Assembly: GCA_016191225.1 (NCBI GenBank)
Contig: JACPPC010000008.1
Span: forward strand, 15,037 to 79,036
Source of the DNA: Gemmatimonadota bacterium
GTDB lineage: Bacteria > Gemmatimonadota > Gemmatimonadetes > Gemmatimonadales > Gemmatimonadaceae
Length of the DNA: 64,000 nt
Reading direction: 5' to 3'
Shown here: positions 46,473 through 56,054 of the stretch, in pieces
Layout of the letters: every line of letters starts with the position of its first letter
Position numbering within the stretch: the first letter of the stretch is position 1
Notes under the pieces: model-generated
Told to the model about the DNA's origin: nothing
The model's database searches: none
What the model saw: the letters and a program-made list of their open reading frames with translations, nothing else
Program-made: the position numbers and the translations under genes

Positions 46473-47416
46473 TCGCCGCCCGACCCCTGTCCCGGATGCT
46501 CGCCGCCGCGCTCGCCGCGCTGTCGCTCGCGTCGCTTCCCGCCCGAGCGCAGGAGCATGGCGCGCCGACGCCGGCGGCCGAGCACGCGGACATCATCACG
46601 CCGCACATCACCGACTCGCGGCACCTCGAGCTGCCGTACTGGAAGCCGCCGTTCGCGGTCGAGGTGGAGCTGCCGCACTGGACGCCGGTGCACGTGGGCG
46701 GGTTCGAGCTCGACCTGTCGCCGACCAAGCACGTGGTGATGCTCCTGCTGGCGGCGACGCTGGTGGGGTTGATGCTGGTGCTGGTGGCGCGCGCGCATGT
46801 GCGCCACACGCGAGAGTCGGGGCACCCGAGGGGGGCCGCCGCCGGCATCGAGGCGATGGTGCTCTACATGCGGAACGAGGTGATCGTCCCCAACGTGGGG
46901 CCGCACGGCAACGCCTTCGTGCCGTTCCTGCTGTCGCTCTTCTTCTTCATCCTCGCGGCCAACCTGCTGGGACTGATCCCCTACGGCGCGACGGCGACCG
47001 GCAACATCTCGGTCACGGCGACGCTGGCGCTGATGACCTTCTTCGTGGTCGAAATCGCGGGGATCCGCGCGCAGGGGTGGGGCTACCTCAACACGTTCAT
47101 CTACTGGCCGCACGACATGGGACTCGTGATGCGGATCCCGATGTCGCTGATCATCTCGCCGATCGAGCTGGTGGGGAAGATCGCGCGCCCGTTCGCGCTC
47201 GCCATCCGCCTCTTCGCGAACATGACGGCGGGGCACATCGTGGTGCTGGCGTTCATCTCGCTGATCTTCTTCTTCTCGAGCCTGCTCAGCATCGCGCCGT
47301 TCCTGATGGCGATCGCGATCATGATGCTCGAGTTGTTCGTGGCGTTCCTGCAGGCGTTCATCTTCACCCTCCTCGCCTCGGTCTTCATCGGACTGGTGCG
47401 GGAGGCGCACCACTAG
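46469..47416 (+). CDS. atpB: F0F1 ATP synthase subunit a
   Basis: ATG at 46469 overlaps the upstream stop (ATGA). The conserved RLFANMTAGH is present, together with an N-terminal signal-like extension. Confidence 0.95.
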   Translation: MIAARPLSRMLAAALAALSLASLPARAQEHGAPTPAAEHADIITPHITDSRHLELPYWKPPFAVEVELPHWTPVHVGGFELDLSPTKHVVMLLLAATLVGLMLVLVARAHVRHTRESGHPRGAAAGIEAMVLYMRNEVIVPNVGPHGNAFVPFLLSLFFFILAANLLGLIPYGATATGNISVTATLALMTFFVVEIAGIRAQGWGYLNTFIYWPHDMGLVMRIPMSLIISPIELVGKIARPFALAIRLFANMTAGHIVVLAFISLIFFFSSLLSIAPFLMAIAIMMLELFVAFLQAFIFTLLASVFIGLVREAHH

Positions 47417-47579
47417 CCGCATGGATTGTCGCCCGCGCGCGCCGGCTCGCGCGCGCGGGCCTCGTATCCGGCCGACCGGCCGGAGAAGCCCGCTGGACCC
47501 CGGGGTCCGCCGGCGGGCAACACCGCTGGAGCAGGTGCAGGGGTGCCGGGCCGCAACCGTCCACGTTCTTTCCGAGAGC

Positions 47580-47861
47580 ATGACCATGACGATTTACCCG
47601 CTTCTCCAGGCCGTCGCCGCGCAGACCGGTTCGGGCGCAGGCTGGGCCATGATGGGCGCCGGCATCGGCGCCGGCGTGGCCGTGATCGGTGCCGGCGTCG
47701 GCATCGGCCGCATCGGTGGCTCGGCCGCCGAGGCGATGGCCCGCCAGCCCGAGATGGGGGGTCGCATCCAGACCGCCTCGCTGATCTTCGCCGCCTTCGT
47801 CGAGGGCGCCGCGCTGTTCGCCATCGTGGTCGCGTTCGTGATCCAGGGCAAGGTCAGCTAG
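47580..47861 (+). CDS. atpE: F0F1 ATP synthase subunit c
   Basis: A Gly-rich helix GAGIGAGVAVIGAGVGIG, the AMARQPE loop and FVEGAALFAIVVAF are present. Confidence 0.95.
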   Translation: MTMTIYPLLQAVAAQTGSGAGWAMMGAGIGAGVAVIGAGVGIGRIGGSAAEAMARQPEMGGRIQTASLIFAAFVEGAALFAIVVAFVIQGKVS

Positions 47862-47946
47862 CCCGGGTCGCAGCGTCTCGACCCGCGTGGCGGGGGCCCG
47901 GGCCCCCGGCCGCGCACCAACTCCTTCCCACCGGTCCTCGCAACTC

Positions 47947-48528
47947 ATGCGCCGTCTGTCGTACCCTGCCCTCGTGGCGCCCGCCGCCCTCGTGCTCGTG
48001 GCCACCCCCGCATTCGCCGAGGAAGGGGGGCCCGTGAACCTGCTCGCCCCGAGCGGCGGCCTGATGTTCTGGACGCTGCTGATCTTCGTGGCGCTGATGC
48101 TGATCCTGTCGCGCTACGCCTTCAAGCCGCTGCTGGCCGCGGTCGAGGCGCGCGAGGCGGCGCTGGAGGAAACGATCGCCAAGGCCAAGGCCGACCGCGA
48201 AGCCGCCGCCGCGCTGCTCGCCGAGCAGCAGGCCGGGCTCGCCAAGTCGCGGGCCGAGGCGCAGGCGATGATCGCCGAGGGGCGCTCGGCGGGAGAGAAG
48301 CTCAGGGCCGAGCTGCTCGAGCAGGGCAAGTCGCAGCAGGCCGAGTTCCTCGAGCGTGCCCGCCGCGACCTTTCGAACGAGAAGGACCGCGCGATCGCCG
48401 AGATCCGCAAGGAGGCGGTGGAGCTCGCGATCAAGGGTGCCGCCCGCGTGATCGAGCGCAACCTCGACGACGCCGGCAATCGCCAGCTGGTGGAGAGCTA
48501 CCTCGCCACGGTGGGGACCAGGCGCTGA
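47947..48528 (+). CDS. atpF: F0F1 ATP synthase subunit b
   Basis: A single TM helix followed by a long Ala/Glu/Arg-rich coiled coil. Operon position supports the call. Confidence 0.85.
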   Translation: MRRLSYPALVAPAALVLVATPAFAEEGGPVNLLAPSGGLMFWTLLIFVALMLILSRYAFKPLLAAVEAREAALEETIAKAKADREAAAALLAEQQAGLAKSRAEAQAMIAEGRSAGEKLRAELLEQGKSQQAEFLERARRDLSNEKDRAIAEIRKEAVELAIKGAARVIERNLDDAGNRQLVESYLATVGTRR

Positions 48529-49073
48529 TGCGGGAGCCGACGATCGTCCGCAACTACGCGGAGACGCTGGTGGAGATCGCCCGCCGCGCCGGCGACCTCG
48601 AGGGCTACGGCCGGATGATCGACGGCGTCGCGAGCGCGATGCGGAGCGACCGGACACTGCGGCTCTTCCTCGAGTCGCCGGGCGTGGACGTGGGGCAGAA
48701 GAGCGAGGTGATCGGGAAGGCGCTCGCGGGCCGGGTGCCGGTGCCCTTCGTGAAGTACCTGCAGGCGGTGGTGCGCCGTCGCCGGCAGCTGCTGATTCCG
48801 GAGATCGCGGTGGAGTACGGCCTGCTCGTGGACGCCGAGGTGGGGCGGGTTCATGCGGCGGTGACGGTGTCGCGGGCGACCGATGACGCCGAGCGCGACC
48901 GGATCGCCGCGGCGCTCTCGAGGGCGATCGGGAAGACGGTGGTGCCGCACCTGGTGGTGGACCCGGCGATCCTGGGCGGCATCGTGGTCAAGGTGGGCGA
49001 CACGGTGATGGACGGCTCGGTGCGGCGAAAGCTCGCGCGGCTGCGCCAGCGCATGGTGCACGGCACGCGGTGA
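48528..49073 (+). CDS. atpH: F0F1 ATP synthase subunit delta (OSCP)
   Basis: The ATG shares one base with the atpF TGA. IVRNYAETLVEIA.. and ..GGIVVKVGDTVMDGSVRRKL are typical delta-subunit ends. Confidence 0.85.
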   Translation: MREPTIVRNYAETLVEIARRAGDLEGYGRMIDGVASAMRSDRTLRLFLESPGVDVGQKSEVIGKALAGRVPVPFVKYLQAVVRRRRQLLIPEIAVEYGLLVDAEVGRVHAAVTVSRATDDAERDRIAAALSRAIGKTVVPHLVVDPAILGGIVVKVGDTVMDGSVRRKLARLRQRMVHGTR

Positions 49074-52000
49074 GCGTCGCCGGCGCGGCGTTCGCCATGG
49101 CCGCGCTCCTGCAGGTCGGCACGCAGGTGGCCGAGACGACGCCACCCGGCCGCGACACGGTCGGCTACTGGCAGCAGGAGGCGGACTACCGCATCGCCGC
49201 CGTGCTCGATGAGCCGGCCGGCCGGCTCCGCGCGCGGGGGACGCTGCGCTACGTCAACCGCTCCCCCGACACGCTGCGGGTCCTGTACCTGCACCAGTAC
49301 CTCAACGCCTTCCGTCCCGGCTCGAAGTGGAGCGGGGTGGACGAACGCGAGGGGCGGGTGCGCTTCCAGCGGCTCCCGGAGGGCGAGCAGGGGTTCGAGC
49401 GGTTCACGGCACCGGTGCGCGTGAACGGCGCGCCGGTGGACGTCGAGTATCCGGGAGTTCCGGACAGCACCGTCGTGCGGCTCGCCCTGCGCACGCCGCT
49501 CGCGCCTCGGGACACCGCCCTGGTGGCGATGGAATGGGAGGCGCGGCCGAGCACGGTGCCGCGGCGGCAGGGGCGGCGGGGCCGGAGCTGGGACTTCGCG
49601 CAGTGGTATCCCAAGGTCGCGGTGTACAACCGGCTCGGCTGGCGGCCCAACGCGCTCGTTCCGGCGGGGGAGTTGTACGGCGAGTTCGGCGCCTTTGACG
49701 TCACGCTGGTCGTGCGCGACGACCAGGTGGTGGCCGGAACCGGCGTGGTCACGGAGGGCGATCCCGGATGGGGACGCGTGGCGCAGCGCGGGCGCGTGCC
49801 GGTGGCTGTCGCGCCGGCGTACGCCGGCACGAGGCCGGATGCGCTGCTCGATGCGCCGGAGCGGGTGGAGGCGCCGGCGGGCTCGCGGCTGGTGCGCTTC
49901 CGGGCGCGCGACGTACACCACTTCGCCTGGACGGCGAGCCCGGACTATCGCTACGAGGGGGGCGCGTACGTGCGTCCCGCCGACGCCGCGCGGATGCCCT
50001 TTCGCACCTGGGACACGGTGGCCGTGCACGTGCTCTACAAGCCGGGCGACGAGCGGGACTGGGGGGACGGGACGGCCGTGGAGCACACGCGCCGGGCCCT
50101 GGCGTGGCTGGAGCGTGTGTACGGCCCGTATGCCTATCCGCAGGTGACGAACCTCCACCGGCTCGACGGCGGGGGCACGGAGTTCCCGATGATGATGATG
50201 AACGGCTCGGCTTCCGCGGGGCTGATCCTGCACGAGCTCGGGCACGTCTTCACCTACGGGATCCTGGCCAACAACGAGTGGCGCTCGGGGTGGATGGACG
50301 AGGGGCTCACCGAGTACCAGACCGCGTGGGCGGAGGGGACGACGCCGCAGGAAGCCGGGCGCCGGGCGCCGGCGGCCCCCGCGGCCGGCGCCGTTGGCTA
50401 CCGGGGCCGCGGGCTGCGGCTCGATGCCGATGCCGCGGCGAGGGTCGATGCCGAGCGGCTGGTGGTGACCGGTCGCGCGCAGCCGATCGGCCTGCCGGGG
50501 CACGAGTTCAGCGAGTTCGCGATCTACAACGACATGATCTACGACCGCGCGAGCGCCATGTACTCGGCGCTGCGCGACGTGATGGGTGACAGCGCCTTCG
50601 CGGCCTTCCTGCGCGGCTACTACTCACGCTGGGGGCTGCGGCATGTGGACGAGGTGGCGATGCGCGCCGAGGCGGAGCGCGTGCATGGCCGCGACCTCGG
50701 GTGGTTCTTCGACCAGTGGGTGCGCGCGACGGGGCAGGTGGACTACGGCGCCGACCGGGCCGACACGCGCCGCGCGGGGGATGGCTGGGAGACCGACGTG
50801 ACGGTGTCGCGGCTGGGGAGCTACGCCCACCCGGTGCGGATCGGCGTGCGCACCGACAGCGGCTGGACGCTGGCGTCCCTCGCCGACGCGCTCGCCCGCC
50901 GGCAGCTGCAGACAGTCCGGACGTCGCTCGAGCCGCGCGAGGTGCGCCTCGATCCCCTTGGCACGAGTCCGGACTGGCGCCCGGAGAACGACCGCGTGGC
51001 CTTTGGCGACGGGCGGCGCCCGTCGATGGACCGCGCCGCGTGGGACTGGCCGTTCCTGGAGCAGGCGACGCGCGGCGGAACCCTGTCGCAGCACCGGCCG
51101 ACGGCGTGGTACACCAGCCACGGCGGCCTCACGCTGGGCTGGCAGGTGCGGGAAAGCACGGACGGGTGGCTGAACCGGATCCGATGGGGCGCCGCGTCGC
51201 CGCTGCGGTCGCGCGCGCCGGGCCTGGCCGCGTTCGCGGGATCGGACACGCGCGGGCGAGACGCCGAGTGGCTTCCCGACCTCTGGTTCGAGTGGGAAGA
51301 CCCGATGCTGGGCTCGACGGCGCTGCCGGGGGCGAGCCTCGGGATGTCGCTGCTGGACGGGATCGTGCGACTCCGCGTGGCGAAGCGGTTCGACCTGAGC
51401 CCGTTCGTGTACGCCGCCGGGACGCGGGCCTCGGCGACGGTGTCGCTGGTGTCGTGGATGCCGCGCGGGCTCGCGTACGTCGACCCGCTGCGATGGTCGG
51501 GGAGGGACGGCGTGGAGCTGGCGGCGCGCTACGACCGGGCCCACACCGACCCGATGCGGCTGGCCGTGAGCGTGCGCGGGGCCGTTGGCGGGATCGTGGG
51601 TCGCGGCCGCTATGCGCGCGCCGAGGTGGAGTCGCGCATCGGCCGCGATTGGAGCGCCTTCGGGCAGCAGAGCTGGCTCCGGTTGTGGGGCGGGTGGAGC
51701 AGTGCCGGCACGCCGCTCGAGCGGGAAGTGCTGGCCGCGTCGCTGTCTCCGCTGGAGACCTTCGGGAACGACTGGCTGCGCGGCGCGGGTGCCCCGCTTG
51801 CCCGCCGCGACGTGCCGTTCGTGGCCCTCGGTGGCGCGGCGCTGCGCGGCTTCGCGCCCACGCTGGCGCTCGGGGCGGCGGCGAGCGCGACCGCGGAGCA
51901 CGACCTGCGGCTCCTCGCCCTGGGCGAGGGAACGCGGCCACTGGTGGTCAGCCTGGCGGTGTTTGCCGACGCCGCGCTCGTGCTGCGGGACGGCGGGCCG

Positions 52001-52198
52001 GGCCTGCCGGCGAGTGGCACCATGCTCGCCGACGCCGGCGCCGGACTGGTGGCGCGCGGGCACTGGTACGACCAGCCGGTCGCGGTGCGGCTCGACCTGC
52101 CGGTGTACGTTTCACAGCCCGCCCTGGCGGTGGGCGGGCGCGCCGGCGACGACCGGGTGGCGCTGCGCGGCACGTTTTCGCTCGCCGACCTCTGGTAA
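49070..52198 (+). CDS. M1-family zinc metallopeptidase with ~430-aa C-terminal extension (possible beta-barrel)
   Basis: GTG at 49070 overlaps the atpH stop (GTGA); the alternative ATG is at 49097. The zinc site is HELGHVF..WMDEGLTEY. The C-terminus ends ..ALRGTFSLADLW. Confidence 0.85.
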   Translation: MSVAGAAFAMAALLQVGTQVAETTPPGRDTVGYWQQEADYRIAAVLDEPAGRLRARGTLRYVNRSPDTLRVLYLHQYLNAFRPGSKWSGVDEREGRVRFQRLPEGEQGFERFTAPVRVNGAPVDVEYPGVPDSTVVRLALRTPLAPRDTALVAMEWEARPSTVPRRQGRRGRSWDFAQWYPKVAVYNRLGWRPNALVPAGELYGEFGAFDVTLVVRDDQVVAGTGVVTEGDPGWGRVAQRGRVPVAVAPAYAGTRPDALLDAPERVEAPAGSRLVRFRARDVHHFAWTASPDYRYEGGAYVRPADAARMPFRTWDTVAVHVLYKPGDERDWGDGTAVEHTRRALAWLERVYGPYAYPQVTNLHRLDGGGTEFPMMMMNGSASAGLILHELGHVFTYGILANNEWRSGWMDEGLTEYQTAWAEGTTPQEAGRRAPAAPAAGAVGYRGRGLRLDADAAARVDAERLVVTGRAQPIGLPGHEFSEFAIYNDMIYDRASAMYSALRDVMGDSAFAAFLRGYYSRWGLRHVDEVAMRAEAERVHGRDLGWFFDQWVRATGQVDYGADRADTRRAGDGWETDVTVSRLGSYAHPVRIGVRTDSGWTLASLADALARRQLQTVRTSLEPREVRLDPLGTSPDWRPENDRVAFGDGRRPSMDRAAWDWPFLEQATRGGTLSQHRPTAWYTSHGGLTLGWQVRESTDGWLNRIRWGAASPLRSRAPGLAAFAGSDTRGRDAEWLPDLWFEWEDPMLGSTALPGASLGMSLLDGIVRLRVAKRFDLSPFVYAAGTRASATVSLVSWMPRGLAYVDPLRWSGRDGVELAARYDRAHTDPMRLAVSVRGAVGGIVGRGRYARAEVESRIGRDWSAFGQQSWLRLWGGWSSAGTPLEREVLAASLSPLETFGNDWLRGAGAPLARRDVPFVALGGAALRGFAPTLALGAAASATAEHDLRLLALGEGTRPLVVSLAVFADAALVLRDGGPGLPASGTMLADAGAGLVARGHWYDQPVAVRLDLPVYVSQPALAVGGRAGDDRVALRGTFSLADLW

Positions 52199-52230
52199 GC
52201 CCAGCGGTTCCACGACACACTTCCACGGAC

Positions 52231-52629
52231 ATGCCGAACACTCCCACGCCCCGGCCCGGATTCGGGCCCGCCGAGATCACGATCGTCCACAAGCCGTGGG
52301 GCCACGAGGTGATCTGGGCGCGCACCGACCGCTACGTCGGCAAGGTGCTGCACATCAAGGCCGGCCACTCGCTGAGCGTGCAGTACCACGAGCGCAAGGA
52401 CGAGACGATCCACCTGCTGAGCGGCGAGATGACATACCGCGTGCAGCTCGATGGCCGCCTGCAGGCGGTGCGGCTGCGGGCCGGCGAGTCGTACCGCAAC
52501 ACGCCGGGCACGATCCACCAGATGGAGGCGGTGACCGACTGCCAGGTGCTCGAGGCGTCGACGCCCGACCTCGACGACGTCGTGCGGCTGACCGACCGGT
52601 ACGGGCGCGAGGGCACGAGCGCCCCGTGA
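52231..52629 (+). CDS. cupin-domain protein (mannose-6-phosphate isomerase type II C-terminal-like)
   Basis: KPWGHEVIWA.., LSVQYHERKDETIHLLSGE and GTIHQMEA are cupin motifs. Confidence 0.7.
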   Translation: MPNTPTPRPGFGPAEITIVHKPWGHEVIWARTDRYVGKVLHIKAGHSLSVQYHERKDETIHLLSGEMTYRVQLDGRLQAVRLRAGESYRNTPGTIHQMEAVTDCQVLEASTPDLDDVVRLTDRYGREGTSAP

Positions 52630-52669
52630 GCCGCGAGGCCGCACCGACCCATCAACCAACGAGCGACGC

Positions 52670-53662
52670 ATGAAGGTGATCATCCCGCTGGCGGGGAAGG
52701 GGACGCGACTGCGCCCCCACACGCACGTGACGCCGAAGCCGATGCTGAAGGTCGCCGGCAAGCCGGTGATGGACTACGTGCTCGACGACGTGCGCCGGCT
52801 CGGCGACGTGGAGCAGGTGGTGTACATCACCGGCCACCTCAGGGACGTGGTGGAGCGGCACGCGCGCGAGCAGTATGCGGACCTGCCGAGCGTGTTCGTG
52901 GAGCAGGTGGTGCAGGACGGGACGGCGGGGGCGGTGGCGCTCGCCAAGCCGTACGTGGACGGCCCCGTGCTGATCATCTTCGTGGACACGATCTTCGAGG
53001 CCGACCTCGGCGCGATCAGCACGACCGACGCCGATGGGATCATCTGGGTGAAGGAGGTCGAGGACTACCAGCGCTTCGGCGTGGTGGTGACCGACGCCCA
53101 GGGGAACATGACGAAGATCGTGGAGAAGCCGAGCTCGCCGATCTCGAAGCGGGCGAACATCGGCCTGTACTACATCCGCAACTGGAAGCTGCTGTACGAG
53201 GGGATCGACCACGTGCTCGCGGGGCCGAAGAACAAGGGGGAGTGGTACCTGACCGACGCCTTCCAGTACATGATCGATCACGGGGCGAAGATCCGGGTGA
53301 TGGACGTGGCCGGCTGGTACGACGCCGGCAAGCTCGACACGCTGCTGGAGACGAACCGTGTGATGATCGAGAAGGGGCGGGCGACGAAGCCGGCCACGGC
53401 GAGCGACGTGACGATCTTCGAGCCGGTGTACATCGAGGCCGGGGTCACGCTGTCGCACTGCTCGATCGGCCCGAACGTGTCGATCGGGAGCGGCTCGTCG
53501 GTGGAGAAGTCCGAGCTCCGCGACACGATCGTGGGCCACAAGAGCCGCATCCGGCACTCGACGCTCGCCAACTCGCTGGTGGGCGACGAGACGCTGGTGG
53601 AGGGGGTACGGGGCGAAGTGACGGTCGGCGACCACGGCGAAGTGCGGGCGCGGGTGTCGTAG
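52670..53662 (+). CDS. sugar-1-phosphate nucleotidyltransferase with C-terminal left-handed beta-helix
   Basis: MKVIIPLAGKGTRLRP..PKPMLKV is the NTP-transferase signature. Hexapeptide-like repeats occupy the C-terminal third. Confidence 0.85.
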   Translation: MKVIIPLAGKGTRLRPHTHVTPKPMLKVAGKPVMDYVLDDVRRLGDVEQVVYITGHLRDVVERHAREQYADLPSVFVEQVVQDGTAGAVALAKPYVDGPVLIIFVDTIFEADLGAISTTDADGIIWVKEVEDYQRFGVVVTDAQGNMTKIVEKPSSPISKRANIGLYYIRNWKLLYEGIDHVLAGPKNKGEWYLTDAFQYMIDHGAKIRVMDVAGWYDAGKLDTLLETNRVMIEKGRATKPATASDVTIFEPVYIEAGVTLSHCSIGPNVSIGSGSSVEKSELRDTIVGHKSRIRHSTLANSLVGDETLVEGVRGEVTVGDHGEVRARVS

Positions 53663-53911
53663 TGCAGGGGAACTGCCGTGGCGGGCACGCCGCAGGAGTT
53701 GTGGCGTCGTGTCACCAGCGCATGCGCCGGCCGGCGCCGAGTCGAGGGACGCCGCGCATACCGTGAGGCAGCGCAGCCGGTTGCCGCGGCCGGCTGCGTG
53801 CCCGGCCTCGTCAACGCGCGGCACCAAAGATGCGTGAGGTGGCAGTGCGGAGGCGTGGCGATCTCGCCGCACGCCGATCGCGCATCCAACTCGAGTCAGG
53901 AGAACTCCCAC

Positions 53912-54670
53912 ATGAAATCCCGCTACTTCGCATTGGCGGCGATCGCGGCCGCCGCGGCGGTGCTGCCGATCCGGCCTGCCGGTGCACAGGTCAAGTTCTT
54001 CGGCACGGACGAGAACGGCAGCTCCTCCACGCGTGCCACCAACGTCAACTCGGCCGCGGCCCAGGCCTCATTCCTCGGCGCCCTCACCGGCGTCGGCACC
54101 GAGTCGTTCGATGGGTATGCCGACGGCACGTCGTCTCCCCTCGGTCTCACCTTCCCTGGCGCCGGCGCGGCGACGCTGAACGGCACGGGCGCGATCACGT
54201 CGTGGGGCGGCTCCGGCGCGAATGGCGCGGGCCGCTACGCGATCTCCGGCACGAAGTGGTGGGAGGCCCGCGTCTCGACGGGTGGCAGCGCGCAGTTCCA
54301 GGTGAACTTCGGCAGCACCGTCGCCGCGTTCGGGTTCTACGGCATCGACCTCGGCGACTTCGGCTCGCAGCTCACCCTGGTCTTCCACCTCACCGGTGGC
54401 GCGACGGACTCGTGGGCGGTGCCGTACATCGCGTCGCTCGGCGGCGCCCCGCCGCGTGAGGGGAGCATCCTCTATGCCGGGTACATCAACACGCTCGGCT
54501 TCACGCAGGTGGACTTCGTCGGCACGACGACGGACGACGCCTTCGCATTCGACGACATGACGATCGGCTCGATCGAGCAGGTGTCGGGCGTGCCGGAGCC
54601 GGCCAGCATCGCGCTCGTGGCCACGGGCCTGCTCGGCGTCGCGGCGGTCGCCCGCCGGCGTCGCGCCTGA
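53912..54670 (+). CDS. PEP-CTERM sorting-domain secreted protein
   Basis: CAGGAGAA lies upstream of the ATG. A signal peptide is present. The C-terminus is VPEPASIALVATGLLGVAAVARRRRA. Confidence 0.85.
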   Translation: MKSRYFALAAIAAAAAVLPIRPAGAQVKFFGTDENGSSSTRATNVNSAAAQASFLGALTGVGTESFDGYADGTSSPLGLTFPGAGAATLNGTGAITSWGGSGANGAGRYAISGTKWWEARVSTGGSAQFQVNFGSTVAAFGFYGIDLGDFGSQLTLVFHLTGGATDSWAVPYIASLGGAPPREGSILYAGYINTLGFTQVDFVGTTTDDAFAFDDMTIGSIEQVSGVPEPASIALVATGLLGVAAVARRRRA

Positions 54671-54786
54671 TCGCGCGCGAGGTTGCGGCGGCACCGGGCG
54701 CCCGGCCCCTTCGCGGGGCCGGGCGCTTCCCCGCCGGGAACGAGCGCACGACGCATGCCGCGTCCCGCACCGGCGATTGACCCAGG

Positions 54787-55977
54787 TCAGTTCCCGTCGC
54801 CGAGCCCGGCGGCGGCCAGCACGACGGTCATCGCACGCATCAGGCCCACGTCGCTGCCGGTGTCGTCGTACCACTCCTGCATGGTATGCGCGGCGCCGCC
54901 GGCACCTCCCGCACCGAGCGCGACGGCGGGGATGCCGAGCGAGAGTGGTACGTTGGCATCCGTGCTGGCCGCCTCGAACACTGGCGCCAGGCCGGCGAGC
55001 CGCGTGGCCGCGGCGGCCGCGGCCACGAGGGGTTCCTGCAGGGGCACCTCACCGCACGGGCGCCCGCCAATCGGCGTGACGGTGAGGGCCAGGGGCGGTG
55101 CGCCGGGCAGGCCTCGCGCCTGCTCCTCACTGGTCGCGGCCAAGGCGGCGTGCCGCAGTGCGCCCTCGAGGGCGCCGAGGGCCGCGTCATCGGTCGAGCG
55201 CAGGTCCACCTCGAGCCAGGCGGCATCGGGGATCGCGTTGATGCTCAGCCCGCCGCCCATGCGCGCCACGGTGAGGGTCGTGCGCGGCGCCCTCGGGAGG
55301 AGGAGCGACGCGAGGCGCGCCGCGGCGGCGGCGGCGGCGTGGACCGCGTTGGGCACGCCGAAGTTCGCCCACGAGTGGCCGCCACCGCCCTTCCAGTCGA
55401 GACGCAGCCGCCGCGCACCAACCGCCTGGTGGATCACGCGGTCATCGCCGGGGCCGTCGAGAATGACGGCGGCGTGGACCTGTCGGGCCATATCATTGAA
55501 CAGCGTCCGCGCGCCGCGGAGGTCGCCGGCCCCCTCCTCGCCCGTCGTTGCGACGAAGACGATCGGGCGCCGCGCCCGCAGCCGCCGTCCGTCGATCGCG
55601 CGCGCGACGGCGAGCATGGCCGCGAGGCCGCGGGCATTGTCGCCGATGCCCGGGCCCACGTAGCGCGGGCCGTCGCGCCGCAGGTCGAGTGGCGTGGACG
55701 CGGAGAACACCGTGTCGAGGTGAGCGCAGACAACGACGGGGGCGACCGGCTCGGAGCCCTGGCGCATGCCGATCACGTTTCCCGCCGAGTCGCCGCGGAT
55801 CCCGGTGAGGCCGAGTTCGTGAAACCGGGCGCCGACCCATTCGGCGCGGGCATCCTCGGCGCCGGTCGGTGCGGCGATGGCGTGGAGGGCCAGCTGGTCG
55901 CGCAGCACTCCATCGCACCAGGCGCGGCCGGCGATCGGCACGGCGGCGAGCGCGGCGCGGGCCGTGGCGGCGTTCAT
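54787..55977 (-). CDS. M20-family metallopeptidase (ArgE/DapE/peptidase T-like)
   Basis: CAHLDTV, GIGDNARG and TTGEEGAGDLRG metal-ligand motifs are present. Confidence 0.85.
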   Translation of the reverse strand: MNAATARAALAAVPIAGRAWCDGVLRDQLALHAIAAPTGAEDARAEWVGARFHELGLTGIRGDSAGNVIGMRQGSEPVAPVVVCAHLDTVFSASTPLDLRRDGPRYVGPGIGDNARGLAAMLAVARAIDGRRLRARRPIVFVATTGEEGAGDLRGARTLFNDMARQVHAAVILDGPGDDRVIHQAVGARRLRLDWKGGGGHSWANFGVPNAVHAAAAAAARLASLLLPRAPRTTLTVARMGGGLSINAIPDAAWLEVDLRSTDDAALGALEGALRHAALAATSEEQARGLPGAPPLALTVTPIGGRPCGEVPLQEPLVAAAAAATRLAGLAPVFEAASTDANVPLSLGIPAVALGAGGAGGAAHTMQEWYDDTGSDVGLMRAMTVVLAAAGLGDGN

Positions 55978-56054
55978 CGCGGGCGGGCCGGCATCATGGC
56001 CTACATATCGCGCGCGGGGCTGCGCCGGCGCAAGCGTGGGGCGACATTGCCGGC

